The position numbers and the translations under genes were made by a program. The notes under the pieces were generated by a model, which was given only the letters and a program-made list of their open reading frames with translations, searched no databases and was not told the DNA's origin. A stretch of 64,000 nucleotides of DNA from Podarcis pityusensis. Taxonomy: Eukaryota. Numbering within the stretch: position 1 is the stretch's first letter; each line of letters opens with the position of its first letter. The stretch lies in the NCBI GenBank assembly GCA_964106645.2, contig OZ067039.1, one strand, 5' to 3'. Positions 38,109-51,981 of the stretch are shown one piece after another.

Positions 38109-41100
38109 TATACATGCAAATTCCTCATGGGTCATTGAAAGCAAGACGCAGAACTGACTAAGCATATTAGTACACATTAAGTAAGATTCTTACCATAGGC
38201 TTCTATGCAGACCCAGAAGACATGGATAGATGGGACACACGCAACACAGCAAACAATTTGTCATAGGTGCCAAATTGGGGTGAAGAGATAAAACACAGTT
38301 ATTGCCATTCTACAGCTTTAGCCAGTTAAAACAGTAACCACTTATCTACCATAAGTTGCAAAAGTTGTTTCGATATGTAACACACGTTTTGCCTTTATTT
38401 TAGGCAGCAAATTCAGGAAGTGACCCTTAGCCCAAAGGCAGAGTGTGCCTGTTGTGCCTGGAGAAGGTTCAGTCCCAGGGAGCCTCTCCAGTTAGAAGGA
38501 CCAAGTAGCAGCAGGCAAGGTAAAAGAGCTCTTTCTGCCTGATACCCTGGAGAGTGACTGCCAACCTGTGCAGACGGCACTGAGCTATACAGACAAATAG
38601 CTTCATCTGATATAGGACAGCATCTGATGCTCCCAGACAAGGCAAACTTAAGGCCAACCTTTTATCCCCCCCTCCAAAAAAACCACACACTCATAATTCA
38701 TAAATTAATACTAAACCAATTACATTTTTCAAAAGTCCTACACTACTAGCTTCACTTCTGTTAAATGTGTCAGGCATGCCTTTATACTGAAACTCTGCTA
38801 CGGGATAAATCTGTTCAGTTTTTAAAAGTAATAGTTAATTGTGTGTACAAAGTGATCCACAGTGAGCTAGTCGTTGAAAAACTAATATTTGGGCATTAAA
38901 TGCTCAGTTGTGAATTGCTTGGATACTGTGCTAGATTTTGGATACTGTATCTTTAAATTTCCTGGAATTGTATATGATTAAGTACACCTGTGGATAGCCA
39001 TTAAGAGTTCTGCCAACAGTATCAGCTTACTACACTGTTACGTGATTGCTGATCAACTGCTACTTTATGTACCTGTGGGGACAGTTTATTTGGTACGTGT
39101 TTATTATTTATTATTGGGTGGTTATCCAGCTTTGGGAAGGCAGCATGAGGGCTGTGGGAAGGGGCATCAAATGTTGCCAGAGACTGCCCAAAAAGGCATG
39201 AAGAGCTGCACATGGCCCTCAGGCCGCACAGCAGACCACTCTGCTGTGGATATTCAGGCCTACCCTTTAGAGGTGCTATACTGTTTTCCTTTCGGAAAGT
39301 CAAAGTCCTAAGTATTCAAAGTCACCATTCTAGAGAAGAAAACATCCACTTACAAGTAACAAGCAATTAAGGTCCATAATCTAACAGTTCAGATGACAAT
39401 ACCCCTCACAAAAGTCTATTGTGCTACACCAAGCACAATGCCTCAATTCTCCCAATGAGAACGACATGGGTGAAAGGAAAAGAAGCCTTGAATTACGGTG
39501 CACTGAAAATGATTATGGGCTGGAACAGCTTGTCACAAGTGAGTGCATCTCTTGCTTAAGATGACCACCTGGTCTCTGCACTAAGAGGGATTTTAGACTC
39601 ACCTGCAGTTATCCATATCAAGTTCCTCAAATAGTTGCTTTTATAAATAATTTGGATCTCTCTACAAGGCTACCTACATTAGCTACCTTTCCATTCTAGC
39701 AGATGATAAAAAGGATGGGGCCATTCAGAATCATTTAACCCATAGCATGCTATTATAGGAAAGGTGGTAGGACCTGGGTTTTTCTTGATCACTTTCCTCA
39801 AAGCCCTGTGAGGCCCTAAGACATCACCATGTCGTGCTTCAAAGGAAGGATTTATTGGCAGAAGTCAGGTAAGCCACATGCCTAGGCCCATTCCTTTTTG
39901 CCAACAAGCCCCCACTCTGCCTCAGCCACTTAACTGTACTGCATTATGCACACTGAGCAAGACTGACAGGCAAGAGTGGCTGGATCTATGTACCATTGTG
40001 GTAAAGTGGCCACACCAACTATTGCCACTATGGGAGCACCACAGAAACTGGGCTGCACTACAGAAAAGTTGGATGCTAAGACTCGGCTCTGCTGAGAATG
40101 CCCTGAACATGTGGAGAGTACCTTTCAGGTATTACTTAGTAACCAGCTATCCCACACTCTAGACAACAGGGCGGACTTCTAAGGCAAAGAACTTGCTTCC
40201 AATTGGCATTAGATACTTGATGCAACCATTTAAACAGAACGGTGGTCATGGCCAAGACCCATACCTCCCTCCACAGACTGAACATTATCCAGTTTCCAGG
40301 TTGCGTGTCAATAGCTGAACTATGGAAAAGGTTGATCTTGGCCACTGACATGATGCTCTTAAAGGCAGATGTGTCCAAGGGATGTGAAAGACCTAAGGTG
40401 AAAGAAGCATCAGCACTTGCCTCTCTCTTGAAGCTGGCAATTTACCTGACCTACTCCCCTGACCCCCAATAACTCCAACTGTAGATAGTGAACAAAGCAA
40501 GATAGGGAAATCCTGTACCTAAAAGCTAGACAGAGGTTAGCTGGGGGGCAGGGGGCTTCAACTAAGGGAGCCATACAGTACTAGGAACCATTCATCCACC
40601 CAAGGCCTACTTGATGGAAGAAGACCAAGAGTGATTCCAGACAGAACACTTTCAGAAACACTGGTAGTCCCCATTTCTCATCCCTGGCAGTCCAAATGGC
40701 AAATGAAGAGCTAGAAGAATTGGCACAGCTCCAAAGAGTTGTACAGGAAGCGGCAGGGAACACACCTCACAACACACAGCTCCTCTATTTTGTGATGTCT
40801 TATCTCTTCTTCCTTTCCAGTTTAGCTCTACACTACGTAATCACCCCTAGGCAATGCAGTAGCTAAGCTTTCTACATTGGCAGCGGGAGACAGCAAAACA
40901 GCTAGCAAAATAGCAGGAACAGAAACTACTAAACTCTGATATAACTCTTAGCATTTTGGCTCCAAAAGACAACATCTCTCTTAAAATTAAGAATAACTCT
41001 GAATACGTTGCAGAGCAGCAGTAGGCAAGTACCGAAAACATGTGGGGCTGAAATTGTAACTACAACTTGTAAGAACAGAGTTTACTAAAGCCTAGTGGGG

Positions 41101-42800
41101 GGGGGGGGCTTACACACAAACCTGCCAATTTCCTATAAATAATCATAGACTCATAGAATTGTAGAGTTGGAAGGGACCCTAAGGGTCATCTCTTCCAACT
41201 CCCTGCATACAACACCGTTTTGCTCAAATCATTCTTTATTTTTATTATTTGGCTTACCCTCCAGCATGCCCCTAGCAAATGAGAGGGGCTTCTATACAGC
41301 TGGACAGACTTTCTTCCAGGCTTGACAACTCATTGCATCTGACACCTCATTTTGTCCATTTATTCTGCAGGAAGCAAGCAAGCATAAACAGGCGAGGGCG
41401 CAAAGATCACTGCTGTAAAGCAAAGAAGTGCCACCAGGTCTAGGTACCTCTGGGGAGCCAGCATTGGCCCTGATCTCATAGCTTCATTGCTTGAACAACC
41501 ATGGTTTAAAGCAACAACTTAGTACTTGGAAAAATTAATTAAGAGAGACGCAGAGCCAATATCCCCAAGACTCAAAACAAATTGGAACACCAACATTTGA
41601 ACTTGTAAAGATATCTGCTGCCTGAGGAAAACGTTCAACTTTCAAATCAGGACTGGGGACGTAGGAGTTTCTGATGGGTGGGTGTAACAATAAGCATTCA
41701 CTTAAATGGATTGTAAGGTCAAGAACAGACAAAATATTTAATTCCACCCCTCCTTACAATAAAAGAGCAAATAAATGCCCAATGGGAAAGTTTCCGAGCA
41801 TCCTAATCTAAATGACATACCTTGAAACCAAGCAAAGTAATTTTATTCTGAGTTAAGCAAAAAGAAAAAGGTTTCAACTTTCCTCTGCCATGACTGCAGC
41901 TTTGACTTTGTTTCTATTGTAAACACTGATGGTATTTCTACCCTGGAACAAACAAGCAAAAACAATCCAACCAACAACCATACAGAATCATTTTTATTGA
42001 TCATTTGGCAGACAGTTTGGCACAAAGAAATGTACCAAACTTAGGAAGTCACATTACTTTCTGCAACCCTAAGCAGCAACAGTATTTTAGCCATTTTAAG
42101 AGTTAACTACAATAGAGTATATCTGTGAAACAATGGTCCTAATACACAAGGGAAAAGCAGAATCTCTTAAGCAGCTCTGGATTCATTTCCACAATATGCA
42201 TTGGCCCACTTCAAGGGAAGTCTGCCTATTTGATTGTTGGAAATGTAGCTGCTGCGTGAGTGCCAGGAAAATCCATAAATCACCACGAGAAGACATATTA
42301 ATAACTGTCTCTTTTCTCATTCACCTCCTGAACAGAGCTATCCATTTGGTTGCTTAGTTTAGGCATGCTGCGACTGATTCATTCAATCACTTATTAACAT
42401 AGTAAAAGCAATTAACAAAAAAAAAGTGAAGACAAACAACTAATATCACTACTGCAAAAAAGGGACACCAAAAATCTGTTCCTGCTTGCAGCTCAACAAA
42501 TACAAGCTACTTCACTCATCAGAACTCAACTCAAAATTGCTTTAGTGTGCTGTCTGTTATAACAAACCAAAACCATGTAAGATAAATGGCATACAATAAA
42601 GATTTAGGGTTGCACCCAGTGTAGTGCTACGCAGTGTGTTTCATCAGCCCAGGGATCCCCACTTGCACAACTCCTTGCACCCCACCCTACAAATCTGTTC
42701 TGGGTTTCCTTCCCAAGATGTTAGTTGGATACCACCCTTAAAAGCTATTTTCAAAGCTTTTCTAAAAAGTTCAACAAAGGAGACATTTTGTATATGCTAC

Positions 42801-42905
42801 CTGGTCTTCCTCCTCATCCTCCTCATCTTCTGCCAAACGCTGCCTGCCCACCTCGTAGAGCCTGCAGACAGTATCCATGTTCATGGCATCCATGCTTCCT
42901 TGGTT
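42801..42905 (-). CDS. DCAF1: DCAF1 exon
   Basis: [35 protein letters not shown]; ag/gt flanks. Confidence 0.95.
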
Positions 42906-42987
42906 CTGAAACAGGAACCAGATACCAAGTATGGTAGGTTAGCTTCCATCCAACATGCTGGACTGACAAATTCAGCAACACCACCTG

Positions 42988-43018
<31 letters not shown>
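42988..43018. repeat. (CAT)n microsatellite
   Basis: Perfect trinucleotide run. Confidence 0.9.
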
Positions 43019-43069
43019 TCTCCAGCCCAGTTACACACCTACACTTACAATTGAACAGCCGTTTGATTA

Positions 43070-43210
<141 letters not shown>

Positions 43211-43282
43211 TTAGTCAAGACAAAAGATGCTGAAAGCCAAAAAGGAAACAAAGAAAACCTCAAAAAATTGAGAAATGTATTA

Positions 43283-43418
43283 AATCATCAAATTGTAAAG
43301 TTGGAAGGGACCACAAGAGTCATCTAGTCCAACACTCTGTAATGCAGGAATCTTTTGCCCAACATGGGGCTCAAATCCACGACTCTGAGATTAATAATCT
43401 TATGCTCTGACTAAGCTA
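43283..43418 (-). mobile_element. tRNA-Lys-derived SINE with CR1 tail
   Basis: Minus strand tagcttagtcagagcataagattattaatctcagagtcgtggatttgagccccatgttgggc (tRNA-Lys(CTT)-like) followed by a CR1 3' end. Confidence 0.72.
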
Positions 43419-43774
43419 ACCATGTGCCTAACAGTCTATCACCTTCTTCAGAGCAAAAACATTTTTCTTGTACTAACAGGGTGATTCATTCAAAGCTAGA
43501 GGCAAAAGCATATCAGGCAAAGTGTAACCTTTTAATAAATCTCTCCATGATGAGCATCATTTCAAAGCATTGCCTTGTTTTACATATATAGACAGGGGAG
43601 GAGGGTTCTGGTCCTCTTGGTGCAACCCCTTCTTTCCCTAGCTGTTCACAAGGATATCCTTTTTGGTGAAGCTGAACCACAACTGCATTCTTAAAAGGAG
43701 GTGTAATGATATCTATGACCGTTTCTCCAGGAAGCAAACTAGAAGCTTTCTGCAAAGAAAGTGAAAGTAATATA

Positions 43775-44000
43775 CAGTGGTACCTCAGGTTAAGTACTTA
43801 ATTCGTTCCGGAGGTCCGTTCTTAACCTGAAACTGTTCTTAATCGGAAACACCACTTTAGCTAATGGGGTCTCCCGCTTCCACTGTGCCGCCAGAGCACG
43901 ATTTCTGTTCTCCTCCTGAAGCAAAGTTCTTAACCCGAGGTACTATTTCTGGGTTAGCAGAGTCTGTAACCTGAAGCGTATGTAACCCGAGGTACCACTG
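43775..44000. mobile_element. Tc1/mariner (Tigger-like) MITE
   Basis: TA|CAGTGGTACCTCAGGTT...AACCCGAGGTACCACTG|TA. Confidence 0.88.
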
Positions 44001-44031
44001 TATGTAGTTTTGCTCAATATAAATTCAGGTA

Positions 44032-44509
<478 letters not shown>

Positions 44510-45412
44510 TCAAGGGGAAAAGGTGTTTAAGTAAGCAGTTTCTGATGGTCTAAAATTGTTTTAGGAGCATAGGAATCTGCCTTTTACTGAGCCAGGCTAA
44601 TAGTCCATCTAGCTCAGTACTATACACATTGATTGGCAGCAGCTCTCCATGGTTATAGGCAGGTGGCATTGCTAGCCCAACCTGGAGATGTGGGAGACTG
44701 AAGCTGGTGCTTTCTGAATGCAAAGCACATGTGATGCTGAAACATGGAGAATGGAACCAACTAGAGCAGCCTTCCCCAACCCGGTGCCCTCCAGATGTTT
44801 GGGACTATGAATCCCATTGCCCCTGACCCTTGGGCTATGGTGGCTAGGGCTGAAGAAAAGTGTAAGCCAAAACATTTCGACAGCACCAAGTTGAAGAAGG
44901 CTGCCATAGACCATTGGACTGGCATATTCAGAAAAAGGATAGAAAAATTGTAGCGTTTTTCTCTGAAGAATTTGAGCTACCTGTTGAATAAGTATATGCA
45001 TAGGCTTTGAGTTGGGAAGGATGGGCTTGAGAGCAAAGGAAACTGAATAGGTGTGTAAGGCTGCATTGGAAGGAAGAGGAAGGAACAAGTAGGGAAATGG
45101 ATAATCTGGAAGAGGGAACAAGATATCAGGGTAACAGCAAGAAGTGCTAGAAAATGAGGAGAGAGAAGGAGGAACCAAACAGAGCATCTGTGCAAGGCCC
45201 CCGGGAACCAGCAAGCATCCCTTCTGTATTTCTACAAGTAGCAGAAACTAACCAGTCAGTCAAACCGCTGCAAAGCTCCAGCCCACCTTTGGAACTCTGC
45301 AGGAAGACATTGCACTCCCTGTTGAGACCCAGCACACAGCTGAGCCAGGAGCCTTTTTTTTAAGTGACAAAACATGCAATTCTGCATGCCTTGGCTATGT
45401 ATGTTTTTGTTA

Positions 45413-46598
<1,186 letters not shown>

Positions 46599-46713
46599 TT
46601 ACAAGTTCATGATCAGTCTCTGTGGGAGTGCTCAGTGCATTAATTCTGTATTCTGACAATGCCCAGAAATCATTACAGACACTACTGGGTTAGAGAGAAA
46701 TCAAAGGGCATTA

Positions 46714-46916
46714 CAGTGGTACCTCCGGTTACAAATGGGATCTGTTCCAGAGGCCCAGCCATATCCCGAAATCTTCGTAACTGGAGGTGCCTGTTCTGTG
46801 CATGGCACAGCACCGTAGAGCGCTTCTGTGAAGGTGGCAAACCCACTTCCGGGTTTGCCACGTTCACAACCCGAAAGTTACGTTACCCGAAGGTAACGTA
46901 ACCCAAGGGTCCACTG
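46714..46916. mobile_element. Tc1/mariner (Tigger-like) MITE
   Basis: TA|CAGTGGTACCTCCGGTTAC...GTAACCCAAGGGTCCACTG|TA. Confidence 0.8.
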
Positions 46917-47343
46917 TACTGCTTAAAGCCTACCTACAGTAAGGTTAAGAGGCAGATGGTAAGCTTCATTTAATAGCTTATGTAACAGTAGATGAATTAT
47001 GTGCATTGCTACCTACTGCAATGTTAGGAGTACATTTTAAGAATTCTAAGAAGGGTTGATTCTTCCTAGATTCCCCCAGTCACCAATCAAGGAAAACAAG
47101 TAGCAGGAACCTCACAAGTATCAAAGAGTCCCCTGCATTTATTTCCTAGCTCTTGAATTAAATCATTTTTCCTATACCTTGATACTCTCAACAACCAAGA
47201 GTGCCTTAAATTTACACAATCCTCTTTTTAAAAAGCAGCAAAAGAATAAACAAACACTGTAAAATGGCACTACACTGTTTTTTTTAATAACTAAAGATAC
47301 AAACCTATCGGACAAAGGACCAAACCTGTGTTGTTCTATTGTG

Positions 47344-47492
47344 GTAGCCATGTTAGCACGTCACAGCAAAATCAGTTAAGAATTTTGTAGCACCCTTAAA
47401 GACTATTGATTATGGAATAAGCTTTTATAAGATGGATCCTAGTCTACAGAAGCCTATGCCATAAAAATATGCTAGTCTTTTAACATGCTACA
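47344..47492. mobile_element. Old Penelope-like inverted remnant
   Basis: gtagccatgttag...tgtagcacccttaaagacta / tagtcttttaacatgctaca inverted arms; same layout as 28133-28531. Confidence 0.55.
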
Positions 47493-49231
47493 GGGTCAGT
47501 GTGCTGTAAATTTAAGAAAACAATTTAATTTTTATTTCAGCTGCTTTTCATAAATTGCTGCAGATTCACTGCTTTTTACTTCTGCACTTTGTGCACAGCT
47601 GATACTAAATAGTAATATTGCCAATTTGTACATTCTGCTTCAATACAGGAATGTTTTCTGAGATAGCTTCAAATTTTAAATGAGTCAACCAAGAACAACC
47701 TTTCACAAGTCGCGTAAACTATCCAAAACTGGCAATGCATGAGGTTTCTAGAGCAGTGTAACCTAAGGAGCGCATCCACTACTGCTCATTTACGATGGGA
47801 ATTTCTTTCTTAATTGCCAGAGAATGTGCAAACTGACCAAGAAGTAAAGGCTGCTGCTCAGAAAACTGTGGTGCAAAGTCTCAATCCATTACAGTAGAAA
47901 AAATCCCTAATTGAGATTAGGGATTGTGGGTAATGAAATAAAGAGACTACCATAAAGGATTCCATGTACCACATGGTAGAAAAAGAGTCACAAAATGAAA
48001 AGTTATCATTCTGACATATATGCTAAAAAGATTTTTGCAGACTTGTTTTCTTTAAAATTATTTTCATATAGATGCTTAACTGGAAATCAAACCATACTCT
48101 GAACATTTGAATTTGTTTCTTTTACCCTTCTCTCAGATACATTTTATGTACAGGATCCTTTAAACACTAATTTCCCTTTGCCGAAGCTAAGAATAATTTT
48201 TTTTAGCCTGTTGCCTCCCAAATGACCGGATCATGAGGTAAGATCAGATTTCTTTTGAAGGCTAAGATAAAGAACACAGCAGAGCAACATAGAAATAATA
48301 CTTTGTTTAAATGCAAATATATAGGGAAATCAACAAAAGGGCAAGGAAAATTGTGAAGAATTTGAATAGATTTATGCTTTATGACATTTGTCTTCCTAAA
48401 GTAAGACAGTCCCCGAGATTATCTCTGCTTGACACTGCCACCTTCAGATTGCTTCTAACTCCTCAGAACAGAGAATATTTGATATGTTATACGAGAAAAG
48501 TAAAATTACTGGCTCATTTTCATTCATCCTGAAATAAAGTACAGATTCTCTTTAAAATTTCTAACAATTTATTTTTAAACCGATGAGGAAACATTAAATT
48601 ATATATTGGGGGGGGGGGCAGGGATAACTTCCAGGTGAATGTGTCTTAGGAAACAATCCAGAAAATGTCCTTTATGATAAATCAACTAGGCTAGGCATTA
48701 TAGATCCCCAAAGGAAGGGCAGGCATAACACCAAGGAGGGGCCCAGGTTTCACCATTGGACATTATTGAGCCAATGAGGTCAAAGGTCATCTAATCCAGC
48801 CTCCATAAAGCAAGATCCATCACCAGATCCATCCATGGCACTGTCACATTTGAACTAACTGCTAGATCTCTTTCAAGCAACATCAGAGCTTAGTTAGCCC
48901 TCTCTAACTCATTCACACAGCACTTTTCTTCTGTTACACAATAGCTATGGTTGGGCTACTGAATTTCATTATTTTTTTTCAGTTCACCAAACTTGTTCAG
49001 TATTAATCTCATCCTATACCGCCAAGGATGATGAATCTGTGATCCTTTAGATGTTGATAAGACTACAACTTCCATCAGTCCCAGCCAGCATGGCAAACAA
49101 TCAGGTTTGATGGGAACTGTGGACCCATAACATTTGGAGCACCACAAGTTCCTCATCCCTACTCTATGCAATGTTTCAAAGTTCTTCCCATAAGAAACAG
49201 TTCTGGCATGCAAATGGCTACAATATGCTTA

Positions 49232-49444
<213 letters not shown>

Positions 49445-49670
49445 TTAATGAATTATTGCATCACAAAATACAGAATATACTGGTTCTTGAGCTAATAATA
49501 AAATATACTATAAAACCCAGCTATATTCACTACTAGGGCAATCTTTACCTATCTGTCATCTGCCTAATATGCATTCAAACGAGTCCATAGGATTATAGTC
49601 ACTTAACAGATTGCTCCTTTAATGGTCTGGTCTATCAGGGTAATGAAAACACAATAAAGAGTGTACATAC

Positions 49671-49753
49671 TTGGTTTCAAAGACAGACTTCATTCCCCAC
49701 AATGCAGAAAGAGGCTGGCTCCAAGATGCAGATGTCAGCAGTAAAGAGCCATC
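49671..49753 (-). CDS. DCAF1: DCAF1 exon
   Basis: [27 protein letters not shown](K). Confidence 0.95.
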
Positions 49754-50694
49754 CTGCAGTTTAGGGGAGACAACAAAGAAGCAAAAGTGTATTATTATTA
49801 TGCGTGTGGATGTATTCTTATTTAGCAGGATGTTGGGAGAAATTTCCTGCCATTTTGTTCTGGGAAGTAAGAAAGCCATCAGAGCTGCTAATTGTGCCAT
49901 GATGCAAACAACGTTTTGGGTAGGTAACAATACTGGCAGTCCAACGTCACCACATTTGTCATGCAGGTAACCCAATGATCATCTCACCAGTCGTTTGGGA
50001 TACGTGGCCACTCCAAATGACCTGTTCTGAGCAAAGCTTCATTATCATCATCATCATCACCACCACCAGCAGCAGCAGCAGCAGCAACTGCTGGGAATCA
50101 CAAGTGGGAGAGAGTTGCTGTGGCACTTGTGTCCTGCCCCTGCAGGCTTCCTCTAGACATCTGGTTGGTAACTTGTGAGAACAGGATGCTGAGCTAGATG
50201 TGTCTTTGGCTTGATCCAACAGGGTTCTTATGTTCTTATAATGCACAGCAGCATGGGGAAGTGAGCTTTTCACAAGATTAACCTCAACCAAGGGTAGCCA
50301 AAATGGTGCTTTCCAAATGGTATGACTACATTCCTGACCATTGGCCATCCTAGCTAACGCTGACACAGAAGGTGTCACCCATAAAACCTGGACGGCACCC
50401 CATTGGCTTACAACTGTGAGAACTGTCACTTAGAATCAGAATTGTAGAGTTGGACTCTTAGATTAAGAGTCTCATGCGCTACCGACTGAGTGGGTAAATG
50501 TATCCCTTAACAAACTGATTTGTGGCCTCTGTCGGTGAAATATGGAAAATGAGTGCCTTGCAAACAGGGACTGGTCTTCTAAAATCAATCTCTCCCGCAA
50601 ACTTTCATACTTTCAGATTTAATAGAAAAGCATTTTTCCTGTTTAAATACTGTACATATTAAACCCATATCAGCCTCATCTCTCTCCTAAATAC

Positions 50695-50733
<39 letters not shown>
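50695..50733. repeat. (TGT)n microsatellite
   Basis: Perfect run. Confidence 0.95.
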
Positions 50734-50972
50734 GTCCATGCAAAGCGACTGATCTCTCTTCCCCTGTCACAAAATATTGGATGAGACCGAAACTGACAGG
50801 TAACATTTTACCCCTCCCCTTGTTATAATTCCATATTACTCACAAGCGGCTTGAATAAGAATATACTGGAAATTTGGAAACCTATGACAAATTACAGAAA
50901 GCAATCACTAAAAATTCCCACTTACACTAATATATTCACACCATTACACCCAATGGAAGGGTACGCTGTAGT

Positions 50973-51252
50973 AAGGTAAACGGTAAAGGACCCCTGGAAG
51001 GTTAAGTCCAATCAAATTTGTCTATGGGGTGCAGTGCTCATCTCTGCTTTCAGGCCGAGAGAGCTGGCGTTTGTCCACAGACAGGTTTCCTGGTCATGTG
51101 GCCAGCATGACTAAACCGCTACTGGCACAACGGAACACAGTGATGGAAGCCAGAGTCCACAGAAATGCCGTTTACCTTTCTTTGCAGCGGTACCCATTTA
51201 TCTACTCGTTCTGGTGTGCTTTCGAACTGCCAGGTTGGCAGGAGCTGGGACA
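50973..51252 (-). mobile_element. Sauria SINE, 5'-truncated and diverged
   Basis: aaggtaaacggtaaaggacccctgg tail; body aligns with 30103-30365. Confidence 0.8.
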
Positions 51253-51406
51253 AGATGGCAAAGTGAGAGGAACAATGGAATAGGGGACAGGGTATGAAGC
51301 ATGTCTTGTTTATAAACAAGCCCAAATTAGAGCAGAGGTTTATGTTCTTTCCTGGCTTAGCTCTGCATCCTGATTCTGAAGGGAGATTTGACTAACCCCT
51401 GTATCA

Positions 51407-51682
<276 letters not shown>

Positions 51683-51981
51683 TCAAAGTGCAACTGAGTA
51701 AAAAAGCGAGCTGTTAAAAACGTGAGAGGAGGATTGGCAAATGACCAAAACTGTATGCGATAAATTGCTAGGTTGGAAGTCATGACTGCCATCTAAAGGG
51801 AATGCAAATATCTATGAATGCTCCAAACATGAAAGATGCTGGAGAAAACTGTCAGGAGGTGGAAAAACAAGGAATGGGATAAAAAGCCACAGGTTTCGTC
51901 CAAAATATGGGTACTCAAGTCTACCTTTTGGAAAGCTGGATCCAAAGATTCAAAGGAATTGAGAAAAAGCATCTTGCTTAC

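Larger units (their letters stand above)
34163..42366 (-). pseudogene. Decayed multi-exon gene nested in a DCAF1 intron (tentatively DNAAF9/C20orf194-like)
   Basis: About 14 exon-like units bounded mostly by AG/GT with matching phases; several fully open, others with nonsense codons or frameshifts; see findings. Confidence 0.7.

Noticed and set aside
39603-39645. EF-hand-like KQLFEELDMDNC in relic exon F
   Set aside because: The loop lacks the downstream G and E positions; the context fits better as part of the larger relic protein.
43350-43418. tRNA-Lys gene
   Set aside because: Degenerate and fused to a CR1 tail; it is a SINE head.
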